DNA of 64,000 nucleotides from Neocallimastix sp. 'constans' (Eukaryota): NCBI GenBank assembly GCA_050613775.1, contig JBODTK010000127.1, positions 310,001 to 374,000 of the forward strand, read 5' to 3'. Shown piece by piece: positions 37,251 to 49,047 of this stretch (position 1 is its first letter; each line of letters starts with the position of its first letter). The notes under the pieces were generated by a model. It saw only the letters and a program-made list of their open reading frames with translations, ran no database searches and was not told where the DNA came from. The position numbers and the translations under genes were made by a program.

Positions 37251-39842
37251 GTGACTCTCTAGTGTTTTTAAGATACATTTATGTGTGAAAAATATATTGA
37301 GAAATTTAGTAATTAGTTATAATTAGTGTTGTCGATAATTGAGTAATCGACAAAATAAATAAATAAAACTTTTATAAATAATAAAAAATAATAATAAACA
37401 AAAGAAAAGTAAACAAAAAAATGTCTGATGTAATCATTCATAGTATGGACTACGTCCTTACAGAGACCAATTATAAAGATTGGTACGAAGATTTCAAATT
37501 AGAATTAGATGGAGCCGGACTTGGGGAATATGTAGAGAGAGATATCGAAGAGATTATAATTGAAACTACTGCCAAGTATACTGATAAACACACCGGACTA
37601 TCTGAAGAAAGGGAAGAGAAAATTAGGAAGCACAAGATGAACAACTCAAAGGTCATCAGTTTCACCAAAAGGTCTGTGAATTCAAAAATCAAAGCGTTTA
37701 TAAAGAATAAAACAGAAAAAAAAATCAGCTTATGCATTAATAAAGTTACTAGAGAAAAAATATAAGGAAGAAGAACTGAATGAAATCCCCAAACTCTATA
37801 GGAAACTAGAAAACTTAAACGCCAGTAATGAAAAAGAAGTCATAAACTACATTGATGAATTTTTGGAAATCATAGGAAAATTGAGCGAGCTAAATATAAA
37901 ACTTAATAATAGAGAAAAGTTAACTTATTTATACAAAGGACTGCCCGAGAAACAAATAAACTTTCTAGAAATTAGATGCAGTATCTCTGACGACATTGAT
38001 AAAATTTTAGAAGACATGAAAAAACAAATCAGAAACCGTCAGACATACATTCATGAGGATGAAAAAGAAGTATCATTCATTTCCAGGAATGACAGCAGAA
38101 GTAAATATAGTAAATTGAATACTCACCATAATAAACATGGTAAAAGTGAATATCATCACTCTAAACATCATAATAAGGAGTTTGGCAAAAAAAGATATAG
38201 TCAAAATAATAATCGTTATAGAAATAGTAACGATAATTTCGGTAATAATAGTTATAATAGGAAAAATTATTCAAACAAAAAATACTGCTTTATATGCAAT
38301 AATGAAAATCATCTAGCTTTTAAATGCCCGTTTAACCCTAAAAATCCGAATAACAAAATAAAAGTCATAGCTAAGAAATTTAGTCAATTAAATCTGAGAG
38401 AAGATGAACTAAATGATATTGAATTTTGCTATGATAATGATGCATCATCATCTGAAAATGAAACAAGAGAAATTAACTCAATAGAAATTCAAAGTTTAGG
38501 AGAAGAAAGTGAAAATGAAGAAATTCCAGAAATCCCTCTTTATGAAACCAATAATTTAAACTTCATCAACCGTCAATACACCCCAAAAAATGCTGGAAGA
38601 ATAACCAAGAATATCTCAAGAGTTGATAATATTATTGATAAAATAATTCCGCCAATAATTAACAAAATTGTCACAAATGATGAAAACAAGGAAATAATTA
38701 AACAATATATTGAAACTAATTCGTGTAATTGCATAGGTGTTCCATCATTGTTATTCACTATTGATTCTGGAGCATCAGTTCATGTTACAAATTCCATCGA
38801 ATTCCTTAAAGATATAAGAGAATACAAAATAAATCTCATCCTACCAAACAAAGCAAAAATCAGGATTACCAAAATAGGAACATTATCAGGATATATCAAT
38901 AATAAACCTTTCGAAATAGAAGATGTACTATATTCCAAGGAACTCAACAAGAATCTTATTTCGTATAGTATTTTAAGGAAAGCAGGTTATCTAGCTGATT
39001 ATATACTTATAGATGATAATATATATTTTAGACTCGCCAATAAGAACCAGAATTTATTATGTATCGCAAAAGAAAATGATGCCAATATATGCAATATCAT
39101 TGTGTCTAAAAGATGGAATATAAACAACGACCAAAATATTTACAATCTTGAGCTAGACGACTATTCCGAAAAGATATGGCATTTAAGAATATGCCATTTT
39201 TATAACAATAACTTAAGAAAATATCTTGAAGGACACAATATTAAGAAAAGTAACTGTATTGACTGTGAAACTTCAAAATTAAAAAAGGCATCATTCAATA
39301 AATCTACCTCCCGTGCTTCAAGACCTTTGGAATTAATTCATTCAGACGTGCTAGGACCTCTTAAATTATCAAGAAATAATTATAAATATGTAATTACCTT
39401 TCTGGACGATTATAGTAGGAAAAGCTGGATCTATTTGATGAAGAAAAGATCTGAGGTCACAGATATTTTCGCTCAATTTGTTAAAATGGTCTCCAATGAA
39501 CAAAACTTAACTGTTGTTAAGATTCAATCAGATAATGGAAAAGAATATACATCTAATAAATTTGTAACATTTTGTTCAGAAAATGGTATTCAAAGAAGAC
39601 TTACCGTTCCAAGAAACCCCCAGAGTAATGGTAGAGCTGAAAGACTTAATGGTACCTTGGAGAATGCAGTAAAAGTAATGTTAAACCAAGCAAAACTTAG
39701 TGAAAATTTTTGGGAAGATGCAATTAAAACCGCTAATTATATTTATAATATAACTCCAAGAAGTTCTATTGACTTTAAAATCCCTGATGAACTTTATTAC
39801 AAAAAACCGGTGAATATAGATAAATTAAAAGTTTTTGGTTGT

Positions 39843-40610
39843 TGTAAAGATTTAATAAAATCTTTAATAAATTAATTATTACATAATTAATTAATGTAAT
39901 AAAATTACATAAATTTATGATTTACGTATATGAAAATTAATTATAAATTTATGTAAACTTTTCATAAAGGAAAAATTATTATTTAAATAATTTTGGATAA
40001 TAACTTAAATCTAAATAATTTATTTAAGTTAGTTAATTTAGTTTAGTTTATTTAAAATAGTTATTCTATTTAACTTAGTTAATTTAGTTTAGTTAGTTTA
40101 AAATACTTTAAAATTAATTTCGGAATAGTTTTAAATAGTTAAAATTAGTTTAAATAGTTTACAAAAATAGTTTTGAATTGTAAATATATAAACATTAGTA
40201 TTAATAATATTTATATAATAAATATATAATAAATGAGTTGTTATTGAATTTAATTATTATTGTAAATAAGTTGAAAGTTTATTAAATTAATTATTGTTTA
40301 GTTTAGTTAATTATTATTTAATAAAATTATTAATAAATATTTTGTTTATAACTAAATAGTAATATATGTAAATTAGATAGAAATAATATATTATAATGTA
40401 ATAATGAAAAAATATAAATACATGTAAATTTCTATAATTAAATCGATGTATTAGTTATTGACTATATGATAGTTAATAACAAAAAAGAGATTTAATTTTT
40501 TTAATTAATAAAGATTATTTTATTTAAAAAAACGAATTTTTATTACGTGTTTTTTTATTTTTGTGTTAAAATTTGTTATTTGTAATCTGTTTCTGATAGA
40601 ACTCTTTACA
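39843..40610. mobile_element. 768-bp solo LTR inserted in the Copia integrase
   Basis: TGTAAAGA...TCTTTACA termini, TSD GTTGT (39838-39842 and 40611-40615). Removing it restores VFGC-KAYYYIDP...GIFLGY. Confidence 0.93.
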
Positions 40611-41775
40611 GTTGTAAAGCTTACTATTATATAGATCCAAATTTAAAAGAAAATAAATTTCATTCAAACTCAAAACCAGGTATATTTTTAGGATATGATA
40701 CAAATGCAAATGGATATATTATTATGGATTATGAAACATTAAAAACTCATGTAGTTCGAGACGCTGTTTTTGAAGAGGAAATTCAAGGAAACTTCAATCT
40801 AATAAACAAAAAACCTTACGACGAAGAATATAATCTACCTTCTTTACATACTGACGACGATATAGATGATTATGAAGATATAAATATTGAAGATAAAGAA
40901 GCATTTGATGATAATCCAAAGTCACGTATATTTATTAATCCTATGTTATCTACTCAACAAACTTACACCCATATAAATTATAATGAAGACCATAACATCA
41001 ATAATAAAAAAAGAAAATTAGAAAAAGTCAATAACAATGATAAAAATATGTCCAACACTAATACAACAGTTGAAAATATGAATAATACGAATAATAAATT
41101 AAACAATACAGATAACATAATGAATAACATCAATAATACATTTAATAAACATGACACGTCAAATAACACTAACAACACGAAAAAGTACGCAAAAAATGAT
41201 ATTGATGATAAGAACAATAGAATAGTTTTATTTGAGAATAATAATAATTTTATTAAAGATTTAAATATTAATGAAGATAAACAAAAATACGAAAATACTA
41301 TAATAGATACTTATAATGAAGATAAAATTATTAATAGTAATAATTCTAATCAAAAATACATGAAGAATAATAAAAATGAAAATAACGATATAGATAAAAT
41401 AAACAAAGATGCGAATAAAAATATTCAATATTATAAAAATAAAATAAGAGAATCAAATTATAATATTTATAAATTAATGAATGGATTAAATGATGTAATC
41501 TAAAATAATAATTATATTAAAAAATTAATTGAAAATAACATACTTTTCAATGTACATGAAGTAAACAAACAATATAATAATAATAAATATAATAATAATA
41601 ACATTAAGTTACTTTCCTATCAGGATAATCAAGGTAATAATGACAAATTATTGGATAAATTTCAAAATAATCCTGATAAATACGAAAATTCAAATAATTC
41701 AAAAATTGATCCTGTTAACAAAATTTCTAGTGAAGTAAACAAAGAAATTTTAATTGAAAACAATAATAATTCAAT

Positions 41776-41842
41776 TGAAAATCCTGAAAATCCTGAAAAT
41801 CCTGAAAATCCTGAAAATCCTGAAAATCCTGAAAATCCTGAA
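41776..41842 (+). repeat. 9-bp coding minisatellite (GAAAATCCT)x7 = (ENP)n
   Basis: Directly visible within the Copia IN-RT linker. Confidence 0.95.
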
Positions 41843-44593
41843 TAATAAAGACCTAGATTTAAATAAAAATAATTCAAAAAATAAAAATGAAATTAAGTTG
41901 TTAGTAAAGAATAAAAAAAGTGAGGATTTAAATTTTAAAAAGAAAGAAGAAAAAAAAAATAAAACTAAAATTAAGATTTTAAAAAATAAAAAATATAAAA
42001 TTACAAACGAGAAAAAAAATTTTATTAATGAAAAATTTTCAATTATTGAAAAAAAATTAAATAAATTAAATAATTTTAATAAATTTAATTTTACCAAAAA
42101 TAAAGTTATCCATAATAAGGATGAAAAATTTCGTACGAAAAATTTTAATGAAGAATTTGATAAAAATTTGATTAAAGCTGTAATAATAATATCAATAATT
42201 TCCAAAAATTAATAATTAGAGTTAAAAGACAAGGTATGCCGCTTGAAAATAATAAGCATAAAGTTCAGAAAATGGAGGAAATATCCAACATTACAAATAA
42301 TAATCCAAAAGACTATTATGAAGCTATTACTTGGGAAGAAAGTGAAGAATGGATTAAAGCTATATCTACCGAGTTGCAAAATTTAAAAGAATATAATACA
42401 ATGACCATAGTATCAGAGCTACTAGAAGGAATTAAACCACTTAGTCCTATGTGGGTATTTACGAAGAAATATGATGGGAATAACAATTTAGAAAAATACA
42501 AAGCAAGATTAGTAGTAAAAGGATATAATCAAATTGAAGGAGTCGATTATGAATTAACTTTTTCTCCAACACTACCAGTAGAAAGTTTGAGATTAACAAT
42601 AGCATTAGCTTCTTTATTTAATTGGAGCATTCAACAATTAGATGTGAAAGGCGCATATCTCAATGCCAAGTTACATAATGATATCTATATGAAACTACCA
42701 GAAGGACATGAAAATTATAATGAAGGTTACTGTAAATTAAATAAGGCACTTTATGGATTGAAACAGGCTGGTCGAGAATGGAACCAAACTATTAGCAAAT
42801 TTTTGATCAAAAAAGGACTATATCAATTAAGAAGTGAACAATGTTTATTCGCTAAGTGGGATAATAAAAATAATGTAATATGTTTAGTAGCTTTATATGT
42901 CGATGATATGTTAATAACAGGTATTAAAGAAGAAATTTTTAATATTGTTAATATTATTAAGAGCAATTTTAAAATATCCAAGTGTGAAGAAATAAATCAT
43001 ATTTTAGGATTAAATGTTAGGAAAAATAAATTCGGATACCCAATTTCTCATGAGAACTATATCGAAAACATTTTAAAGAAATTTAATATTAAAGAAAATC
43101 AAAAAGCTTCTACTCCATGTACTGGTGATGACGTTAAACTAATTAATAAAACACCTTTTGATAAGACTATTTACCAGAGCGCAGTTGGTTGTTTAATACA
43201 TGTATCTAAATCGACAAGACCTGATATATCATTCTCTGTTAGTAAGGCATCAAGAAAAAACTCAAATCCAACAGTATCGGATTGGAACAAAGTAGTCAAC
43301 ATCCTTAAATATTTAAATCAAACTAAGAATTATTGCATTTCATACAAAAACAAAGGAGAATTAATTGGTTATACAGATTCTGATTTTGCTAGAGATTTAT
43401 CAAATAGTAAATCCACTTAATCCACTTCAGGAAATATTTTTTTCTTAGCCTCAGGACCAATCGCTTGGATGTCCAGACAACAACAATCAGTAACAAGATC
43501 TACTGCAGAAGCAGAATATATTGCCCTTTCCGAAGCTGTAGCAAATGGTTTATGGATTAAAAATATGCTAAATGAAATGTTTAAAAAGAAATTTGTAATA
43601 AATTTAAATGGAGACAACAGAGCATCTTTATTTGGCTGAAAATTATGCTATTAGTAAAAAACTTAGACATGTAAGAGTTAGCTATCACTACTTTAAAGAA
43701 AATATTGAAAGAAAAGAAGTAATTTTACATTACATTAAATCTGAAGAAAATTTAGCAGATATTCTAACAAAAGATGTTAATAAAAATCAAATAACTAATT
43801 TTGCAAACAAAGTCTTTGATAATACTTTGTTTAGGGGGGAATGTTAGAAAATTAGTATTTTCAGTTTAAATTTTAATTAACACTTTGTTCAATACTTTTA
43901 TTTTATTATAATTTTAAATATTAAATATTAAATAGCATATTATAAATAAATAGGATAATTTACAATAATATATAGTTTATATAGTTTATGATACAAATAA
44001 TATAGTTTTAAAATTTTTTATAAGCCTCTTTTATATTATTTCTAATAAGTCATGTATTTGATATAATAAATATGTACGTTCCATTGAATGTAATTTTTAT
44101 GAATATAAAAATATTAAATCATGTATTATTATTAAAAAAAAAAAGGTTCTTTAATAAAAATAAAAAATTTTAGTAAAAAGTAAATATTTATTTACGATTT
44201 TTTGTCAAATATAATAAAAATAAGTTTAAAAAAATTATTTTAAATTATTAAATATAATAAAAATAAGTTTAAAAAATTTGTTTTAAATTATTAAATATAA
44301 TAAAAACATGCTTAAAAAAATTACTTTGAATTAATAAATATAATAAAAATAAATTTAAAATAATTATTTTGAATTATTAAATATAATAAAAACAAGTTTA
44401 AAAAAATTATTTTTAATTTTTATTTATTTATTTATTTATTCATTTATTTATATCAATACGCCACTTGGAGAAATTTAACTCTCCAGTAGCTTTCTAATGA
44501 TAATTATTTCAGTGGAAAGTTAGTTTCTTTGATTTTTTTCAATTTCTAAAGGGTTAAATTAAATTAATTTAATTTGAATTAATTTGAATTAAA

Positions 44594-44917
44594 GTGTCAT
44601 TGTGCATTTTGTAATGTGGCGTATTTATGTATGTTGCTTTTTTTTTTTCATAATTAAATAAATAATAATTAAACAAATAATAAATATTATTTTTTTTATA
44701 TATAATTTATTAGTATTCAATTATAAAAATAATTTTTTATAAAAAAATGATATTTTATAATTCTTTTCTAATAGAATATATTATTATTTCTTTTAAAATA
44801 ACAATAATTAATATATATTTATTTATAATTGTATATTTATATACAATTATAAATATCTTAAAAGTGTGTGGCTTTATCTATAGTTTTATAAGCCACATTG
44901 TGAAATGTAACGATCCC
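44594..44917. mobile_element. MULE-type MITE
   Basis: Imperfect TIRs TTGTGCATTTTGTAATGTGGC / GCCACATTGTGAAATGTAACGATCCC; inverted homology to 51398-51717. Confidence 0.65.
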
Positions 44918-44973
44918 AAATAAACTCTTTAATAAAGTAGTCTCTTTTGTTTCTATTATTAAATATTCCTGAT

Positions 44974-45254
44974 GGGAGTGGTGCAATTCACCAAGTTTCT
45001 TTTTGCTAGGTTGCATTTCCCCAAATTGAAAATTATTAAATAAATTAATAAATAAAATATTAAGATAAATCTTTATAATTTAATATATTTTTATAATAAA
45101 GTATTATAAATAATTATTTTATTATTATTTTATAAAATATTAAAATATATCTTTATAATTAAATATATTTTAAATATAATAAAAATAAGTTTAAAAAAAA
45201 ATATTTTGAATTTTTATTTATTAATTCATTTATTTGAGGAAATGCAACTCTCCC
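44974..45254. mobile_element. MULE-type MITE
   Basis: GGGAGTGGTGCAATTCACC...GAGGAAATGCAACTCTCCC; degenerate 9-bp TSD ATTCCTGAT / ATTTCTAAT; related to the 27322 element. Confidence 0.78.
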
Positions 45255-45714
45255 ATTTCTAATATTTATTCTAATAATAAAAATCGAATTTAAAGTAAAA
45301 TTTGTCAATAACGAAATTAAATTTCAATTGATCTATTTGTGAATTTCAATTATAAATCCATTAATATTTATGACATATGCTACTTATTTAATAAAATGTT
45401 TTAATATTAATATAAAAGATTTATTTTAATTTTTTTTTTTTTTTAAATTTTTTGTTAATTTATTTCCTTTTTTTTTTTTTTTTTTTTTTTTAGTCAGTGG
45501 GTTAGCATATAAAAGGCTCCTTATTCGAACCCTTCCTATGTCCATTTTTTCCAGGTTTTCCTCAAAAAGGTTTTTACGGAGTATGGTAGTAAGAGTTGCA
45601 GATAAATATGTTCCCCTTATATATTTGAATGGATACTGAACTAAATGAGAGGGCAGAGTTCATGATTTTATGTGTCTATATAGATATATTCTAATAAATT
45701 GCAATTTTTCTGAC

Positions 45715-46992
45715 TGTTAAGAGTCATGAATTTGTGGTTTATAATTATGTCAATTTTATTAATATATTTTATGATAAAGAGTTACAAATATTAAATTATA
45801 TTAATTTACATGCTTTTATATTAACATATTGTGGCTTATACATTACTTTACATACATTACATTTTAATACATTTAAACTCATATTTCACATATTCTAACA
45901 TTCCCCCCTAAACCAAGTTATTCTACTAAATGAATAATTTTGGTTTATAGGTGAATATGTACATAGCAATACATAACAATAATACTTTGTGAAATTTATG
46001 TCATTATTCTAAATTTTAATTAACTATTAAATTTCTATTTCATATTTTTTTTTTTTATATCATTAATTGAATTTTATATATATACTTTATGTATATTATT
46101 TGCTAATTTTATCTTAGATATTTATATTATTACCCATTGTACGTTTTTGTGGTTAAAACGCCTAAAACCTTTATAATTTGGGTATTTTTAATATTAAAAA
46201 TTATTTAAATATGGATTGGACACCTATCTGGGTTTACACCATCCTATTATATTATATTAAGGCAACCTCGTTGGGATTCACGCCAAATTAATAATGACAA
46301 CACATGGTTTACCTCTTTGGTTTTACGTACTCTTGACAACTCATGGATTAACTCTTTGGTTTTTACGTCATTTTATTTATTTTAATTAGTTAAAAATTTT
46401 ATTTTCTTTAATAAAATAGTTTGTAATATTCAAAAATAATTTATAATAATCAATTAATGCTTATGATAATTTCATTTATTAAGAGTCTCAAAATAATATG
46501 TTCATTTAATATATTTCACGTTTCTTTTTTTTTTTTTTTTTTTTTTTAAGCGTGTTAACTTCATGTAGGGGAATTTCTTGTATTAAGTTATTAGATATTT
46601 ACGCGTTTTCAGAATTTTTGAAATTTAGTGATCTAAATTTCAATCTTGATCAATTTTGATTTAAATTCCAAAAAATTGACATAATGGCAACCTTTATCAT
46701 AATATTCTTCTTTTAACTTCTTTATGTCCTTCTTGACATAATATTGTTTCCGGCAAAAAATTCTTTTACTAAGAATCTTTTTAAGAGTCAGATGAGACTC
46801 TTAATCTGTTAAGAGTCATGAATTTGTGGTTTATAATTATGTCAATTTTATTAATATATTTTATGATAAAGAGTTACAAATATTAAATTATATTAATTTA
46901 CATGCTTTTATATTAACATTTTGTGGCTTATACATTACATTACATACATTACATTTTAATACATTTAAACTCATATTTCACATATTCTAACA
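45715..46992 (-). mobile_element. Non-coding TRIM-like LTR element (1278 bp)
   Basis: 186-bp LTRs 45715-45900 and 46807-46992 (very few differences), TSD CTGAC, PPT TAGGGGGGAA and PBS GATTAAGAGTCTCAT on the minus strand, no long ORF. Confidence 0.95.
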
Positions 46993-47686
46993 CTGACAAT
47001 TGTGTAATTACCAAGGAGCTAACTATACGGGTTAGGTTATAAAAATCAGTGAATTGAATTTCTTATTAACAAAATAATTGTTTAAAAGTTTTAATATTTT
47101 TATAAAAATAAGAGTTTAAATATATATTATTATCTTAAAAAGAAATAATAATATTTTTTTACAATTAAATATCATTAAATAATTATTTCAAAAGAAATAA
47201 TATTATATTTTTACAATTAAATATTGAGAAATGTATATGTGTTTTTATAACAAATTTTATTTATTTGGGGAGTGTGCATTTCGAAAATTTTTATTACAAA
47301 AATTTGTATTTTGTTATAGTGTATTTCGGAAAACATGGCTTATTATAATGTAATAAATAAATAAATGAATAAATAAATTATAAATGAATAAATAAATTTT
47401 TAAATGATAATAAAAATAATAAAGACAAGCGTTTATTATGACTAAAAAAATTTTTTTTATAAAATTAAATAAAAATATATATATATTTACTACATATATA
47501 AAATAATTATATTTTTTTATTTTATTTTAAATATTTTTAATTATTATTATTACCTTGTTTATATTATCAACAGAATTACATACATAATTACATAATTGAA
47601 TAATTAAAAAAAAATAAATATATAAATAGGTTTATAATTAGTATTTTTTATAATATTATATTAAAGTATTAATTTTATAAATTTAA

Positions 47687-48135
47687 ATGTTTAAAAATTA
47701 TTAACTGCTTTATTAATTGCTACTGCATGCATTACTTATGTTTGTGGTATAAAATTGATTGGACCAGCTATATATTCAGATATATCTCATCCATATTTCC
47801 TTAATTCTAAAGATTGGAAAAATACATATATATGTAAAGGTTATGGTATTATAAAAAATAGTAATCGTGGATTTTATGACTGTTTCCTCCGTATTTCAGT
47901 AGCTAATTATAGAGAAATCCCTGTTGGAGCATATCTTAGAGATACACAATATAAAAATCCAGATAAATGTAAATGGATTACTAGACATATAAGTAACAAA
48001 AATGGATGTTATTACACACCAAATAGCACAAGAGGTGGATTTTCATGGAGAGGTTATGTTGATCGTGATGCTCGTGTTTATGATATAGTTGGTAAATACT
48101 GTCTTACTGAATATGGTTGGTGTTGGTGTGGTTAA
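47687..48135 (+). CDS. MULE-borne small secreted cysteine-rich protein (~149 aa; 1-nt deletion in an A-run near codon 4)
   Basis: ATG 47687. Restoring the sixth A seen in copy A gives MFKKLLTALLIATACITYVCG-IKL fused to the 126-codon ORF ending GWCWCG. TATA-like TATATAAATAGG at ~47618-47630. No introns. Confidence 0.8.
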
Positions 48136-49047
48136 ATAAATAAAAAATAGATTTTTTGTAGATTAATTTTAAATTTATTAAACTAAATATTATTTTTTTA
48201 AAAATTAAGATAGTATATAAACCATATAAATATATATAAGTTTAACATATATAAAAATATTAAATAATAAAGTATATAGGCGAAATAAATATAAAATAAA
48301 TTAAAATAAAATAAAAATATAATAATTATTTTATATATATAGGAATCATATATTTTAATTTTTTTTCATTTATTTTTCTAAAAAAAAAAAATTTTAGTTA
48401 TAATAACGTTTGTTTTTTAATTATTATATTTTATTATAAAAAAAAATAAATAAATAGTAAATAAAAAAAAATTAAATGAAAAGTAAATAATTTTAATTAT
48501 TTATAATTCATATTTTCATAAACGATATATATATATATATATATATTAATTTAAATAATATAAGAATTAAAAATTAAAACAATAAGAGTTGAATAATTGA
48601 TCCTATTAAAATAATTAATTATTTGCATAGTAATATTTATAATATTTGATCAATATGAATCAATTATTATTAAAATATAATAACAACAATTAGAATTTTA
48701 ATAAAATAATAAAAATCTTTTATTGAATTTAATATTTTTAATAACATAATTAATTTTGAAAAGTATATTGATATTAATAAAATTTATAATTATATAATAT
48801 TGATATTGATATTAATAAAAATTTTAACAAGTATCAAATAAATCGGTTTTAGTTATAAATTACTTAATAAAAATAACTAAAAGATAATTTCTATTAAGAT
48901 TATTAAATAAACACAATAGGTAAATAAATTTGTATTTTTCTAGCATTTTTTTAAATTAAGATTATTTAATTATTATTTAAACGATTATAAATATAAATTT
49001 AAAATAAATAAATTTGTATTTTTCTAGTTTTTTTTTAAATTAAGATT

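Larger units (their letters stand above)
37421..43847 (+). pseudogene. Copia Gag-Pol polyprotein with frameshifts, stops and a solo-LTR insertion
   Basis: LTETNYKDW, CFICNNENHLAFKC, IDSGASVH, WHLRICH, IHSDVLGP, SDNGKEY, NGRAER, KVFGC|KAY, YKARLVVKG, LYGLKQAG, LYVDD, TDSDF, AEAEY, LADILTK. Breaks near 37720, 41501, ~41770-42240, 43418 and 43615. Confidence 0.95.
36873..44207 (+). mobile_element. Full-length but disrupted Ty1/Copia LTR retrotransposon
   Basis: LTRs 36873-37236 and 43842-44207 (TG...CA, few mismatches), TSD AATAT, PPT AGGGGGGAA before the 3' LTR, gag-PR-IN-RT-RH order. Confidence 0.97.
27322..44485. mobile_element. Non-autonomous MULE-type element (~1.1 kb of own sequence) hosting the LTR nest
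   Basis: Left end GGGAGTGGGGCTTTTCGCCAA, right end TTGGAGAAATTTAACTCTCC; 9-bp TSD GTAACTTTC (27313-27321) / GTAGCTTTC (44486-44494). Confidence 0.75.

Noticed and set aside
46781..46806. Hammerhead ribozyme (CAGATGAG resembles CUGAUGA)
   Set aside because: Core mismatch, no GAAA partner, and the sequence is explained as the PBS hairpin on the other strand.
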